Source: Candidatus Enterousia sp. (GTDB lineage: Bacteria; Pseudomonadota; Alphaproteobacteria; Rs-D84). From it: a DNA stretch of 64,000 nt. Each line of letters opens with the position of its first letter. Within the stretch, counting starts at the first letter, position 1. The translations under genes were made by a program, and so were the position numbers. The DNA lies in contig JAZROX010000047.1 in assembly GCA_045648945.1 (NCBI GenBank), positions 13,615-77,614 of the forward strand. The letters run 5' to 3'. The notes under the pieces were generated by a model. It was given only the letters and a program-made list of their open reading frames with translations. It had not been told where the DNA came from and made no database searches. Below are positions 34,851-43,757 of this stretch, in pieces.

Positions 34851-35621
34851 TTATTGTTGCGGTATGGTTTTGCGGTCGATACTGCGCACACTGTTGCCAA
34901 TTTTATCCAGTGCCGATTCGATTTTTGGCCATGTATTATTCGCATCGGCATGTGACACATTTGTGCGTGCGGCCAAAAAATCCTCTAACTTATGAAAAAT
35001 TGCACCTTGGGCCAATTGAACCTGGAGTGCAAGGAATCCGACAACCAAGCTGCCGCCCAGACCCAGCAGCGAACTGGTGAACGCGGTGGCCATGCCGCCC
35101 AATGGACGCGACAGACCGACCTGCATCGTTTCCATAACCGTTTCGTCATTAAAGTTTAAATTTCCAATCAGTTCTGCAAAACCGCCGACCGTCAAAATCA
35201 ATCCCCAAAATGTCCCCAGCAGACCCAAAAACACCAAAGTATTTGTCACATAGCGCAGTGGTTCACGGTCGTCCTCCATACGAACCAAAATCGTATCCAG
35301 AATTCCGCGTAGGCCGCCCTCGGTCAATTTCTGGGGCCGTGTGCGCAACATTACCGCAACCGCGCGTAACAGGCGTGGCGGAATCTTGGCACCACGCGCA
35401 CCCCGCGTGTACGCGTTTAACCACCGATATTCGGGCAACAATTGGAAAATCTTGATAAAACACAGAATTATACCGAAAATGGTCGTGCCGATAATGATTC
35501 CGTTAAGGTATATGTTGGCAATCGCAATCGTGAAAAATAGTCGATAAAACAGTATGCCCAGGCATAGCATAAATGCCGTAAAAAGCGCCATTCTGTTAAG
35601 GTTTCTGTGAAAATTATCCAT
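34851..35621 (-). CDS. MotA/TolQ/ExbB-family proton-channel protein
   Basis: 256 aa, 4 TM. LGLLGTFWGL and GMATAFTSSLLGLGGSLVVG signatures. 23 nt upstream of the MotB-like gene. Confidence 0.85.
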   Translation of the reverse strand: MDNFHRNLNRMALFTAFMLCLGILFYRLFFTIAIANIYLNGIIIGTTIFGIILCFIKIFQLLPEYRWLNAYTRGARGAKIPPRLLRAVAVMLRTRPQKLTEGGLRGILDTILVRMEDDREPLRYVTNTLVFLGLLGTFWGLILTVGGFAELIGNLNFNDETVMETMQVGLSRPLGGMATAFTSSLLGLGGSLVVGFLALQVQLAQGAIFHKLEDFLAARTNVSHADANNTWPKIESALDKIGNSVRSIDRKTIPQQ

Positions 35622-35781
35622 ATTTTTCTCTCGTTACATCGTCATCATAGAAAAAATTTGTCCCATATGTCAACAGTAAAGAAATGGGAAAAATTATAAA
35701 AATAATAAAAATTTTTTTACGGGTGGATAAAAATCCGTAAATATGATAGAATACCCCCACAAGGAATTTAAGGAGTTATTC

Positions 35782-37089
35782 ATGAAAAAAAGTTTGATTT
35801 TAACATCTGTTTTGGCTTTGGCGGCGTGTCATGGGGGGTCCGGCGGTGGCGCACGGCCGGGTGACGTAACGTATGTAGACGAAATTGGTCAAAGCAATGC
35901 ACAGATTACACGCATGGTTTCAAACAGCGAATACCAGGTTGCGCGCTATGTTGAAAATAAATTGGGTGATGATGCGAACCTGGCGCGCAGCGCGACGAAC
36001 CGCGATCATTCGGGAAATGGTATGGATTATGATACGGCGCACGAGTTGGTGGAATTGGCGGAATGGTTGGCAAACGATACCACAACCCAAGATGATATCG
36101 TATCAATGTTTAATAATTCGAACACCGATAAAAATAAAATCAAAGCGGCATTAAAATTATTGGATGATATGTATTGCTTTGTTGGCGGCAGTGCCGAGAC
36201 AACCGCGGAACGTATTTTGGCGCATCGTGCCGATTTTGCCACCCCATTGGCGGATTTGAAAGACAAAACGATGGTGTTTAACCTGAATGATGTTACGTTT
36301 ACGATGTCCGAAATCACAGATACGGCAGATTATGATTATATTGATTTAGAGACCGACGAACATACCGGAAAAATTACCGGTATCACGATGATACACAAAG
36401 GAATACGGGGCGATATGATTAACCGGGTCGGGGACAAAGTGTTCGCGGATTCTGATGAAACGGTCACAGTTGATATGATTGGAAATTTAAGGTATTCGGA
36501 TTTTGGTTATGTTCATACCACCGACATTGAATCTGGGACCCAGTGGGATACTGCGTTGGCCGGCGGATATGAACACTATAAGATTAATAAAAACGATATG
36601 AGTGGTGAAATGACGTTTTCCGGTCGTGCTGTTGGTGGGGTGAATCGTGAAATAGGTGGCTATGATGAAGAAAATGCTGAAATGATTGCAAACCAACCAC
36701 TGGATACAGGTGAAGGTGGCGCGACATTGACTTTCAATAACGGTGCCGAAAATTTGGTTATGAATTTTGGTGATTGGTACACGGTCACCGTTTCAAAACA
36801 GGCGAATTCAAGTACCGCGGACATTCGGTTCGATGCGGATGGAAAAACGATAAATCCGGATTTACAGGTTGAACAAACCGAATATGCCGACTTTAATGCC
36901 CAGACATATGGAATGGGGCAAAATGGGATGATTGGTCGATATGATACGGCATTCTATGGGGTGAATGGTGATGCCACAGAATCTACCGGCATTGTATCAA
37001 TTCGTGAAACAACCGGCATTGTTGGTGATGATGTGTCGAATGTGAACGAATTGTCATTTAATTCCGCGTTCGGGATGAAAAAACAATAA
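35782..37089 (+). CDS. lipoprotein with TbpB/fHbp-like C-terminal beta-barrel features (candidate surface lipoprotein)
   Basis: Start at ATG 35782 (RBS AAGGAG). MKKSLILTSVLALAAC-HGGSGGG lipobox plus Gly linker. MTFSGRAVGGV, GGATLTFNNG...VMNF, AFYGVNGDATESTGIVS and terminal SAFGMKKQ. Confidence 0.6.
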   Translation: MKKSLILTSVLALAACHGGSGGGARPGDVTYVDEIGQSNAQITRMVSNSEYQVARYVENKLGDDANLARSATNRDHSGNGMDYDTAHELVELAEWLANDTTTQDDIVSMFNNSNTDKNKIKAALKLLDDMYCFVGGSAETTAERILAHRADFATPLADLKDKTMVFNLNDVTFTMSEITDTADYDYIDLETDEHTGKITGITMIHKGIRGDMINRVGDKVFADSDETVTVDMIGNLRYSDFGYVHTTDIESGTQWDTALAGGYEHYKINKNDMSGEMTFSGRAVGGVNREIGGYDEENAEMIANQPLDTGEGGATLTFNNGAENLVMNFGDWYTVTVSKQANSSTADIRFDADGKTINPDLQVEQTEYADFNAQTYGMGQNGMIGRYDTAFYGVNGDATESTGIVSIRETTGIVGDDVSNVNELSFNSAFGMKKQ

Positions 37090-37198
37090 AAAGCGAAAAA
37101 TTATAAAATACTTGATTTTTTGTAAAAAACTGCAATAATTGCGGACGTTCCTGCCGTAGTCATGGGGATTACGGCTGACTTAAACCAAAGGAAATAAA

Positions 37199-37537
37199 AT
37201 GGCTTACTATGAAAACGTTCTGGTTTTTCGCCAGGACTTGACCGAACCGCAGGTTAAAGAAAAAGCGGATAAATATGCAGGCGTTATCAAAGAATTAAAG
37301 GGCGATGTGAAATCCACCGAATTTTGGGGATTGAAAAACTTGGCCTATGTTATTCGTAAAAATCGCAAGGCACACTATGTTATGATGAATGTGGAAATGC
37401 CGGGGACCGCGATTGCAGAATTGGAACGTCGTTGCCGCATTGATGAAGACGTTATTCGTTTCTTGAATGTGCGTGTTGAAAAATTGGCCGATGGCCCATC
37501 AATCATGATGAAAAAGAATACCGAGGAGGCAGAATAA
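37199..37537 (+). CDS. rpsF: 30S ribosomal protein S6
   Basis: [19 protein letters not shown]...WGLKNLAY. Confidence 0.93.
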   Translation: MAYYENVLVFRQDLTEPQVKEKADKYAGVIKELKGDVKSTEFWGLKNLAYVIRKNRKAHYVMMNVEMPGTAIAELERRCRIDEDVIRFLNVRVEKLADGPSIMMKKNTEEAE

Positions 37538-37764
37538 TGGCAGTTCGTGCAGCAATCTATCGTAAAAAATCTAACCCGTTAAAGGGCAAGGTTATTGATT
37601 ACAAAGATGTTAAAATGTTGGGGCACTATATCACCGAACGTGGTAAAATTGTGCCAAGTCGTATTAGTGGCGTTTCCCAAAAAGATCAACGAATGCTCAC
37701 CCGCGCAATCAAACGTGCGCGTCATTTGGGGTTGTTGCCGTTTGTACGTAACAACGTTGGTTAA
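37537..37764 (+). CDS. rpsR: 30S ribosomal protein S18
   Basis: [50 protein letters not shown]. Confidence 0.95.
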   Translation: MAVRAAIYRKKSNPLKGKVIDYKDVKMLGHYITERGKIVPSRISGVSQKDQRMLTRAIKRARHLGLLPFVRNNVG

Positions 37765-37810
37765 ACTATTTGGGAATATCCCTAACTTTACAAAATAAAG
37801 GACAGATAAA

Positions 37811-38404
37811 ATGAAAGTTATTTTGACAGAAAAAATTACACGTTTGGGTAATATTGGCGACACGGTTGAGGTCAAGACCGGTTATGCACGGAACTTCTTG
37901 TTGCCAAATAACAAGGCGTTGCGTTGGTCGCGTGAAAATGTCGCATTGTTCGAGGCGCAAAAGGCCGAATTGCAGGCGCGTCATGAAAACGCGAAAAAGG
38001 CGGCCGAGGCCAAGGTTGATGCGGTCAAGAATGCAAAAATGTACATGATTCGCCAGGCCGGTGATACAGGTCAACTTTATGGTTCTGTGTCAAGTCGCGA
38101 TATCGCGCGTACTTTGAAAGAAATTGCAAATATCGATGTTGCGTCGGCCCAGGTTATGTTGGGCGCACCGATTAAATCTATTGGTGCGTTTGATACGAAA
38201 ATCGCATTGCACCCGGATGTTATTGTTCCGATTAAGGTTTATGTTGCACGTACCAACGATGAAATCGAAGCGTTGGTCGCGGGCAAGGTTTTAACATTCG
38301 GAACCAAAAAGGTTGAAGAAGAAACCCCGGCGGAAGAAAAACTGGCCGAAGCAACCGAAAAATCCGAAACGGTTGAAGAACCGGCGCCCGAGGTTGCAGA
38401 ATAA
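37811..38404 (+). CDS. rplI: 50S ribosomal protein L9 (acidic C-terminal extension)
   Basis: MKVILTEKITRLGNIGDTVEVKTGYARNFLLPNNKA. Confidence 0.93.
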   Translation: MKVILTEKITRLGNIGDTVEVKTGYARNFLLPNNKALRWSRENVALFEAQKAELQARHENAKKAAEAKVDAVKNAKMYMIRQAGDTGQLYGSVSSRDIARTLKEIANIDVASAQVMLGAPIKSIGAFDTKIALHPDVIVPIKVYVARTNDEIEALVAGKVLTFGTKKVEEETPAEEKLAEATEKSETVEEPAPEVAE

Positions 38405-38432
38405 ATTTCTGAAAATCGTTTGTATATATTTG

Positions 38433-38460
38433 CCCCGGTGTTGCACCGGGGTAAATATAT
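38433..38460 (+). terminator. terminator hairpin after rplI
   Basis: CCCCGGTG-TTG-CACCGGGG followed by TAAATATATT (weak U tract). Confidence 0.5.
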
Positions 38461-38485
38461 TGCCATTTGACTTTGGGCGCATTTT

Positions 38486-39544
38486 ATGCAAAAATTTATT
38501 GTACAAACTAGGAAAAGAGACATCGTGAAAAAGACATCTGATTATAAATTTCTGTTCCCCATAGATTTGGTCTATCTTTGGATTGATGGCAGTAGCCCCG
38601 ATTTCAGAAAGACCAAAGCAAAATACCTGCGTGCCGCCGGCAGGGACGATAGCAAGTATGTTGACGCCACAAAAGATCAGATTTATCGCGATAATGATGA
38701 ATTAAAGTATTCGCTGCGTTCGGTTGAAAAGAATGCGCCGTGGATAAATCATATTTATATTGTGACCGGTTTTGGCCAGGTGCCATCTTGGTTGGATACA
38801 AAAAATCCGCGTGTGACAATTGTCCCCCAAGAATCTATTCTGCCGGCCGATGCGTCGCCGATTTTTAATTCGTGTGCGATAGAGGCTTCTTTGGCGAATA
38901 TACCGGGATTGTCCGAACATTTTATATTGGCCAATGATGATATGTTTTTTAATGAACCAACATCGTGGAATTATTTCTTTGATAGGGCGGGTCGCGCAAA
39001 GTTTCGTTATAACTATCGTCAAAATGGGCATCTGGATGGTGGCACAGAAAGTGTTCACCAGTTGCAATTGATAAACGCGGCGGCCGCAATCGAAAATGCG
39101 TTTGGCGTTCGGTTATATAACTATAAGGCGTCGCATGGCATTGACCCGTATATAAAATCTTCTATGGTTGAGTGCTATGCAAATCCGATTTTGCGGAAAT
39201 ATATTGATGCAACCCGTTATCGCAGGTTTCGGGACAAAGATGATGTTCATCGGTTGATATTCAATTTGTATGATGTTGTGCATGGTCGTGCCAAAATGAT
39301 TCGTTGTCATGGCAAGCATGTTGGGCATAACGTTATATTGGATTTTATCTATAATTTGATTCATTATATGTCGGTGCGTGATTCCGCATTTTATTGTACC
39401 GATGCGTTGGAATCCGGGGCATTAAAGTGCGGGGCCAAGGTTATGTGTATAAATGATAGTTGGTGCAATTCGGATGTGAATTTTAAACATAATAAAGAAT
39501 TCTTTGAAAAAAAGTTTCCAAATAAAAGCAGGTTCGAGAAATAG
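38486..39544 (+). CDS. Stealth-family (CR1-CR4) hexose-1-phosphoryl transferase-like capsule/glycan enzyme
   Basis: DLVYLWIDGSSPDF, LKYSLRSVEKNAPWINHIYIVT, SPIFNSCAIEASLANIPGLSEHFILANDDMFF. Confidence 0.75.
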   Translation: MQKFIVQTRKRDIVKKTSDYKFLFPIDLVYLWIDGSSPDFRKTKAKYLRAAGRDDSKYVDATKDQIYRDNDELKYSLRSVEKNAPWINHIYIVTGFGQVPSWLDTKNPRVTIVPQESILPADASPIFNSCAIEASLANIPGLSEHFILANDDMFFNEPTSWNYFFDRAGRAKFRYNYRQNGHLDGGTESVHQLQLINAAAAIENAFGVRLYNYKASHGIDPYIKSSMVECYANPILRKYIDATRYRRFRDKDDVHRLIFNLYDVVHGRAKMIRCHGKHVGHNVILDFIYNLIHYMSVRDSAFYCTDALESGALKCGAKVMCINDSWCNSDVNFKHNKEFFEKKFPNKSRFEK

Positions 39545-39552
39545 GCTCGATT

Positions 39553-40803
39553 ATGAAAAAACAGACCTTGATTTTTGATGCTTCGGTGATTTCGGAAAAC
39601 CTGGGCGCGGGGCGTGGTCGGTCGGGAATATATTTTGCAGCATATAATGTGTTGAAGAATTTGATAAATTCGGGACAGTTTGATATTTCTTTGTACAGTA
39701 CGATTAACAGTGTTGATTTCATAGAGTTTGTAAAGCGGGAATGTGGCGAGAGTGTGAATGTTTATTATGCCAACCGGTATGCGATGTTTTTATCAAAAAT
39801 GTCTGAATTGGATAATAAATTGCGCGCCAATAAACATAATATTGTAAAACTGTTGTTGCAGGTTTTTGTTCGCAGGCCGGTCAAGTTCATTGGGCAAAAC
39901 GTCCGAATTCCAAACTTTGATATCGCGTTTTCTCCGATGGGTGCGTTTTCGAAAACAATCCATGCGAATCGGCGATATATTTTGCTGCACGATGTTATAC
40001 CGTTGGTGTTGCCGGAATATTATTTGTCTGTGAAGTTAAAAAAACATTGGTTTTGTGGGTTGGTTGATTATATTGAATCGGATTCAGGGTGCAAATATTT
40101 TGCCAATTCGAATGCAACCAAAGCCGATTTTGTGAAATATTTAAACGTAAATCCAGATGATGTTATTGTAACACCTTTGGCGGCAAACGATGGTTTTTAT
40201 CATGTGTCTGATAGTAAGAAAATTGCCCGGGTGGGCGCAAAATATAATATTCCCGCCGGTAAAAAATATGTGTTTTCGTTGTGTACATTGGAACCGCGTA
40301 AGAATCTTATTCGTGCGGTAAAAACGTTTATAGAATTTATTAAAAAAAATAAAATTGACGATATGGTGTTCGTCCTGGGTGGGGCGCATTGGGATGAATT
40401 TATCGGTAAATTAGAAAATGAAATTGTAGATTTGGGTAAATATAAAAACAAGATTATTCGTGCGGGATACGTTGACGATGTGGATTTACCGGTTTTGTAT
40501 AGTGGTGCAGAATGGTTCGTGTATACTTCGCAATACGAAGGTTTTGGCCTGCCACCGCTTGAGGCAATGAAGTGTGGTTGTCCGGTTATAACATCGAATA
40601 ATTCATCTTTGCCAGAGGTCGTTGGTGATGCCGGTTTGATGATAGATTGGGATAGTGACGAACAACATATTGCCGCGTATGAGAAATATTATAATGATAA
40701 AAAGTTTCGTGATGCGATGGTACGGCGCGGTTTAAAACGTGCGGCGGGATTTTCTTGGAGAAAAACCGTCGATGCGATGATTCGCGAAATGACACGTGAT
40801 TAA
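39553..40803 (+). CDS. glycosyltransferase, GT4/group 1 family
   Basis: [36 protein letters not shown]. Confidence 0.85.
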   Translation: MKKQTLIFDASVISENLGAGRGRSGIYFAAYNVLKNLINSGQFDISLYSTINSVDFIEFVKRECGESVNVYYANRYAMFLSKMSELDNKLRANKHNIVKLLLQVFVRRPVKFIGQNVRIPNFDIAFSPMGAFSKTIHANRRYILLHDVIPLVLPEYYLSVKLKKHWFCGLVDYIESDSGCKYFANSNATKADFVKYLNVNPDDVIVTPLAANDGFYHVSDSKKIARVGAKYNIPAGKKYVFSLCTLEPRKNLIRAVKTFIEFIKKNKIDDMVFVLGGAHWDEFIGKLENEIVDLGKYKNKIIRAGYVDDVDLPVLYSGAEWFVYTSQYEGFGLPPLEAMKCGCPVITSNNSSLPEVVGDAGLMIDWDSDEQHIAAYEKYYNDKKFRDAMVRRGLKRAAGFSWRKTVDAMIREMTRD

Positions 40804-40842
40804 TAATTTTTAAGGTTTCAAAGTATTTTTATTTATAAAACA

Positions 40843-40866
40843 AACCCCACCGTTTGGTGGGGGTTG
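40843..40866. terminator. terminator hairpin between convergent genes
   Basis: AACCCCACC-GTTT-GGTGGGGGTT. The U-rich tract is on the minus-strand side. Confidence 0.6.
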
Positions 40867-40886
40867 TATGATTAATTAATCCAGCA

Positions 40887-41711
40887 TTATTTATCTAACG
40901 CTTCAAGGATTTGGTCGTATGGGATTGCGCCCGGGAACGCCTGTTCACCGATAATCAGGTACGGTGTGCCGCTGATTTCGAAACGTTGTGCCAAATCACG
41001 AACGTTTGCCAATTCACGCGCGACAACCGGTCCATTCATATCGTTTTCCAATTGGGTTGTATCCAATCCAACTTCGGCCGCCAAAGCCATAACGTTCTTT
41101 TGAATCTTTTCGCCCAATTTTGAACGATCTTTCATGTCTTCTTGGGTGTAATATTCTTTGTCCATCAACCGTTTGTCCAATGCAGCCGCCTTTTCATTGC
41201 TTTGCAATTTTGCCGCGATAACCGCCTTGGCCGGGGCATCAGACAATTCGCCATGGATAGAGAAGTTCTTTAACACGACGCGAACGTCGCCACGCGCGGC
41301 CATAACACGTGCCAATTCGTTATGAACACGACGGCAATACGGGCAGGAATAATCCGACCACAAGAATATTGTGTGTTTCGCATCTTCCGGTCCCCATACT
41401 GGTGCATCCGCAATCATTTCGCCCAAATTGGAACGAACATAGGCACGAACCGCCTTATTCTTTTCGGCATTTTGTGCCTCCTGCATCGCAGAAACCATTT
41501 CTTGCAAAAACAACGGATTGGTCTGCGTCAGGTAGATTGGCGTATACAAACGGCATACGCAACCGGCAATCAAAAAGATAGAAATCAATTTGATTAATTT
41601 TCTAACGATAACAGAAGCAGTTGTTGGTTTTTTGCCATCCTGTTTAACGAACATGCCGCCGAACAAGAACAGCGCAACGCCAACAATCAGAATGATAATT
41701 GTCCAAAGCAT
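40887..41711 (-). CDS. DsbA-family thiol:disulfide oxidoreductase, membrane anchored
   Basis: N-terminal TMs. WSDYSCPYCRRVH (CPYC) ... ISGTPYLIIG. Confidence 0.85.
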   Translation of the reverse strand: MLWTIIILIVGVALFLFGGMFVKQDGKKPTTASVIVRKLIKLISIFLIAGCVCRLYTPIYLTQTNPLFLQEMVSAMQEAQNAEKNKAVRAYVRSNLGEMIADAPVWGPEDAKHTIFLWSDYSCPYCRRVHNELARVMAARGDVRVVLKNFSIHGELSDAPAKAVIAAKLQSNEKAAALDKRLMDKEYYTQEDMKDRSKLGEKIQKNVMALAAEVGLDTTQLENDMNGPVVARELANVRDLAQRFEISGTPYLIIGEQAFPGAIPYDQILEALDK

Positions 41712-41787
41712 ATTTTTCTCCTTTTGTTGAACGGTGTTATCATAGAAACTTTTTTTACAATGTGCAACAAATAAATGAAATAAATTC

Positions 41788-42450
41788 TTAAATTTTTTTT
41801 GGATGTAACATTGTGCGGAATTGTGGCACGTTTGTGCCGACCGTTACGCAGATATTTTCTAAAAATTTTAGTGTCGTATTTAATGTTATTGGTAATTTAT
41901 ATAACTTATTTATATATGGCGCGGCGCATTCGTTGCATACCGCACGGCCGGTTCGTGGGGAAAGGTAATTTAAATTTTCCGAACGTCCGCATCCCGAACA
42001 ACGGGCAAGGTCCAATGCATAACCCAATTCGCGTAATAAATTTATTTCCCATTTTAAATATTCGTTTTCTGGGGCGTCGGTGACGGGCAGGGCGGTTAGT
42101 AATCCGATAGTATCGTCATATAAATGTTCATACGATTCGCGTTCGGGCAACATTGTTGCAATAATTTCAAATGCAGAATTCATAAATGGTAATAAATTCA
42201 CATTAACCATAATTGGTGCAGACAAATTCTTGTCTGGTTCCCAATGAAATACGCCCAATGCAGAATCCAGGCGCGCGTTCCATGAAACAGAACCGACTTG
42301 CCCCACCAAGGGACGATTAGTGCGCGCGACAATCGCGCCGCGCATCATGCCAGACATAACACCAAAGTCACGCGAAAAGATCTGCGCAATCGCGTTTTTC
42401 TCATCAAATGGACGCATCGCAATTAAAATTCCAACCGATTCCAATTTCAT
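41788..42450 (-). CDS. recO: DNA repair protein RecO
   Basis: OB-fold N-terminus. CSGCGRSENLNYLSPRTGRAVCNEC zinc motif. Confidence 0.8.
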   Translation of the reverse strand: MKLESVGILIAMRPFDEKNAIAQIFSRDFGVMSGMMRGAIVARTNRPLVGQVGSVSWNARLDSALGVFHWEPDKNLSAPIMVNVNLLPFMNSAFEIIATMLPERESYEHLYDDTIGLLTALPVTDAPENEYLKWEINLLRELGYALDLARCSGCGRSENLNYLSPRTGRAVCNECAAPYINKLYKLPITLNTTLKFLENICVTVGTNVPQFRTMLHPKKI

Positions 42451-42464
42451 AATGGTAAGTATAT

Positions 42465-42497
42465 GATAGTGTTAGTGGTTAGTGCAAGTGGTTAGTT
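42465..42497. repeat. GTTAGTG-type heptamer repeat patch
   Basis: GATAGTGTTAGTGGTTAGTGCAAGTGGTTAGTT. The 21-mer at 42465-42485 is identical to 45825-45845. Confidence 0.85.
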
Positions 42498-42501
42498 ATA
42501 T

Positions 42502-42819
42502 CTAGTATGCCATGTGGCTTAGACCATACCAAAGAAACAATCCCCACAAGATACATAAACACACCGCGATGCAGCCCATAAGAATTTTATATTTCGGTGC
42601 GATATATTTCGCGGTAAAGAATATGGCAATGGCGGGCAATATCATGAAATATGTAATCATTCCCAACCAAAAATGATGTCCCAGTAATAACCTTGCCGGA
42701 AACCATCTTTCAATGGTTGTGCATATAAACGAAACGGTCCACCATACCAAACATATCGCCGGCAATAAAGCAATCCAACGAAGTATACTTGATAGATTTT
42801 GTTTGTTTTTAGGTTTCAT
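42502..42819 (-). CDS. small integral membrane protein, hypothetical
   Basis: Start moved to MKPKNKQNLSSILRWIALLPAI (ATG 42819). About 3 TM segments. Confidence 0.55.
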   Translation of the reverse strand: MKPKNKQNLSSILRWIALLPAICLVWWTVSFICTTIERWFPARLLLGHHFWLGMITYFMILPAIAIFFTAKYIAPKYKILMGCIAVCLCILWGLFLWYGLSHMAY

Positions 42820-42980
42820 GATATCTTTTCCTTTTGTGGTATTATACCATATTACCGATATTTTTGTTATTTGGAATTTTTTTGTTTGCCTTCGCCGATA
42901 AGAGTGAACATTGTTTCTTAAATTATGACTAATACTACGCCGCGACACTCAAAAATTTTAAATGCGCACTACGTGCGCAT

Positions 42981-43009
42981 TAACAATTTTTGGTGGTGGC
43001 CCTGGTCGG
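42981..43009 (-). repeat. partial duplicate of the tRNA-Leu 3' end and its 3' flank
   Basis: TAACAATTTTTGGTGGTGGCCCTGGTCGG versus TAATTTTTGGTGGCCCTGGTCGG at 43126-43148. Exact 16-mer TGGTGGCCCTGGTCGG at 42994-43009 and 43133-43148. Confidence 0.8.
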
Positions 43010-43132
43010 TTCCGGCCTGCGCCGGAATGACGACAAATTGCATTTGCAATTTATTTTTACTGCACTTCGTTTGTAAAAATCCGTCCGACTGTGGGACAAA
43101 AATAAAAAACACCAAAAGGTGTTTTTAATTTT

Positions 43133-43217
43133 TGGTGGCCCTGGTCGGACTTGAACCGACACTCCTTGCGGAACTTGATTTTGAGTCAAGCGCGTCTACC
43201 AATTCCACCACAGGGCC
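43133..43217 (-). tRNA. tRNA-Leu (anticodon CAA), encoded CCA
   Basis: Minus strand reads GGCCCTGTGGTGGAATTGGTAGACGCGCTTGACTCAAAATCAAGTTCCGCAAGGAGTGTCGGTTCAAGTCCGACCAGGGCCACCA. It has a 7-bp acceptor stem, anticodon loop CT-CAA-AA, long variable arm and GTTCAAGTC T-loop. Confidence 0.9.
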
Positions 43218-43226
43218 AGAATCAAA

Positions 43227-43595
43227 CTATTTTGATTTCTTTGATTCAACTTTCTTAACCAAACGCGCGCTGCGGTTCGCCTTGTGCGCAGGTTTCTTTG
43301 CCGGTTTTTCGGCCTTGCCATTTTTCTTGTCAATGGCGCGCTTAATCGCCGCCATATCCGGCGTTAAACGTGATACAGGTTTTGACATAACATATGCGTC
43401 CAATCCGCCATGTTTGGTCAATGTGCGCAAACCCGCGGCCGACAGGCGCAATGAAAAATCGCGACCCAAAATATCACTGTGGAACTTTAATACATGCAGA
43501 TTCGGCAAGAATGTACGCTTTGTATGGCGTTCCGAATGGGAAACATTCATACCGACTTCTGTTTTTTTACCTGTTACTTTACATACACGTGGCAT
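43227..43595 (-). CDS. rpmB: 50S ribosomal protein L28 with Lys-rich C-terminal extension
   Basis: [34 protein letters not shown]...[11 protein letters not shown]. Tail [33 protein letters not shown]. Confidence 0.88.
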   Translation of the reverse strand: MPRVCKVTGKKTEVGMNVSHSERHTKRTFLPNLHVLKFHSDILGRDFSLRLSAAGLRTLTKHGGLDAYVMSKPVSRLTPDMAAIKRAIDKKNGKAEKPAKKPAHKANRSARLVKKVESKKSK

Positions 43596-43757
43596 ATCAT
43601 ATCCTTTAATCACTGCGGCATAATCTATAACAAAAATCCCAAAAAGTCAAGTATTGTTTTATGTTTTTCAAATATTTGTGGTTGGGGCATTTGTTCCTGT
43701 GTCCTTGAATTCCAAAAATACGCACTATATATATGTCTGATAAAAAAAGGAGTCATT

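Noticed and set aside
33718-35621. Zorya anti-phage system (ZorAB), or a flagellar, Tol or Ton motor
   Set aside because: As I recall, ZorA carries the long tail and ZorC/D or ZorE accompany it. Here the MotA-like protein is short, the coiled coil is on the MotB-like subunit, and no partner genes of any of these systems are adjacent.
43494-43757. 88-codon upstream extension of clpB in the track
   Set aside because: It overlaps rpmB on the opposite strand and is Cys/Phe-rich non-protein-like sequence. A good RBS precedes ATG 43758.
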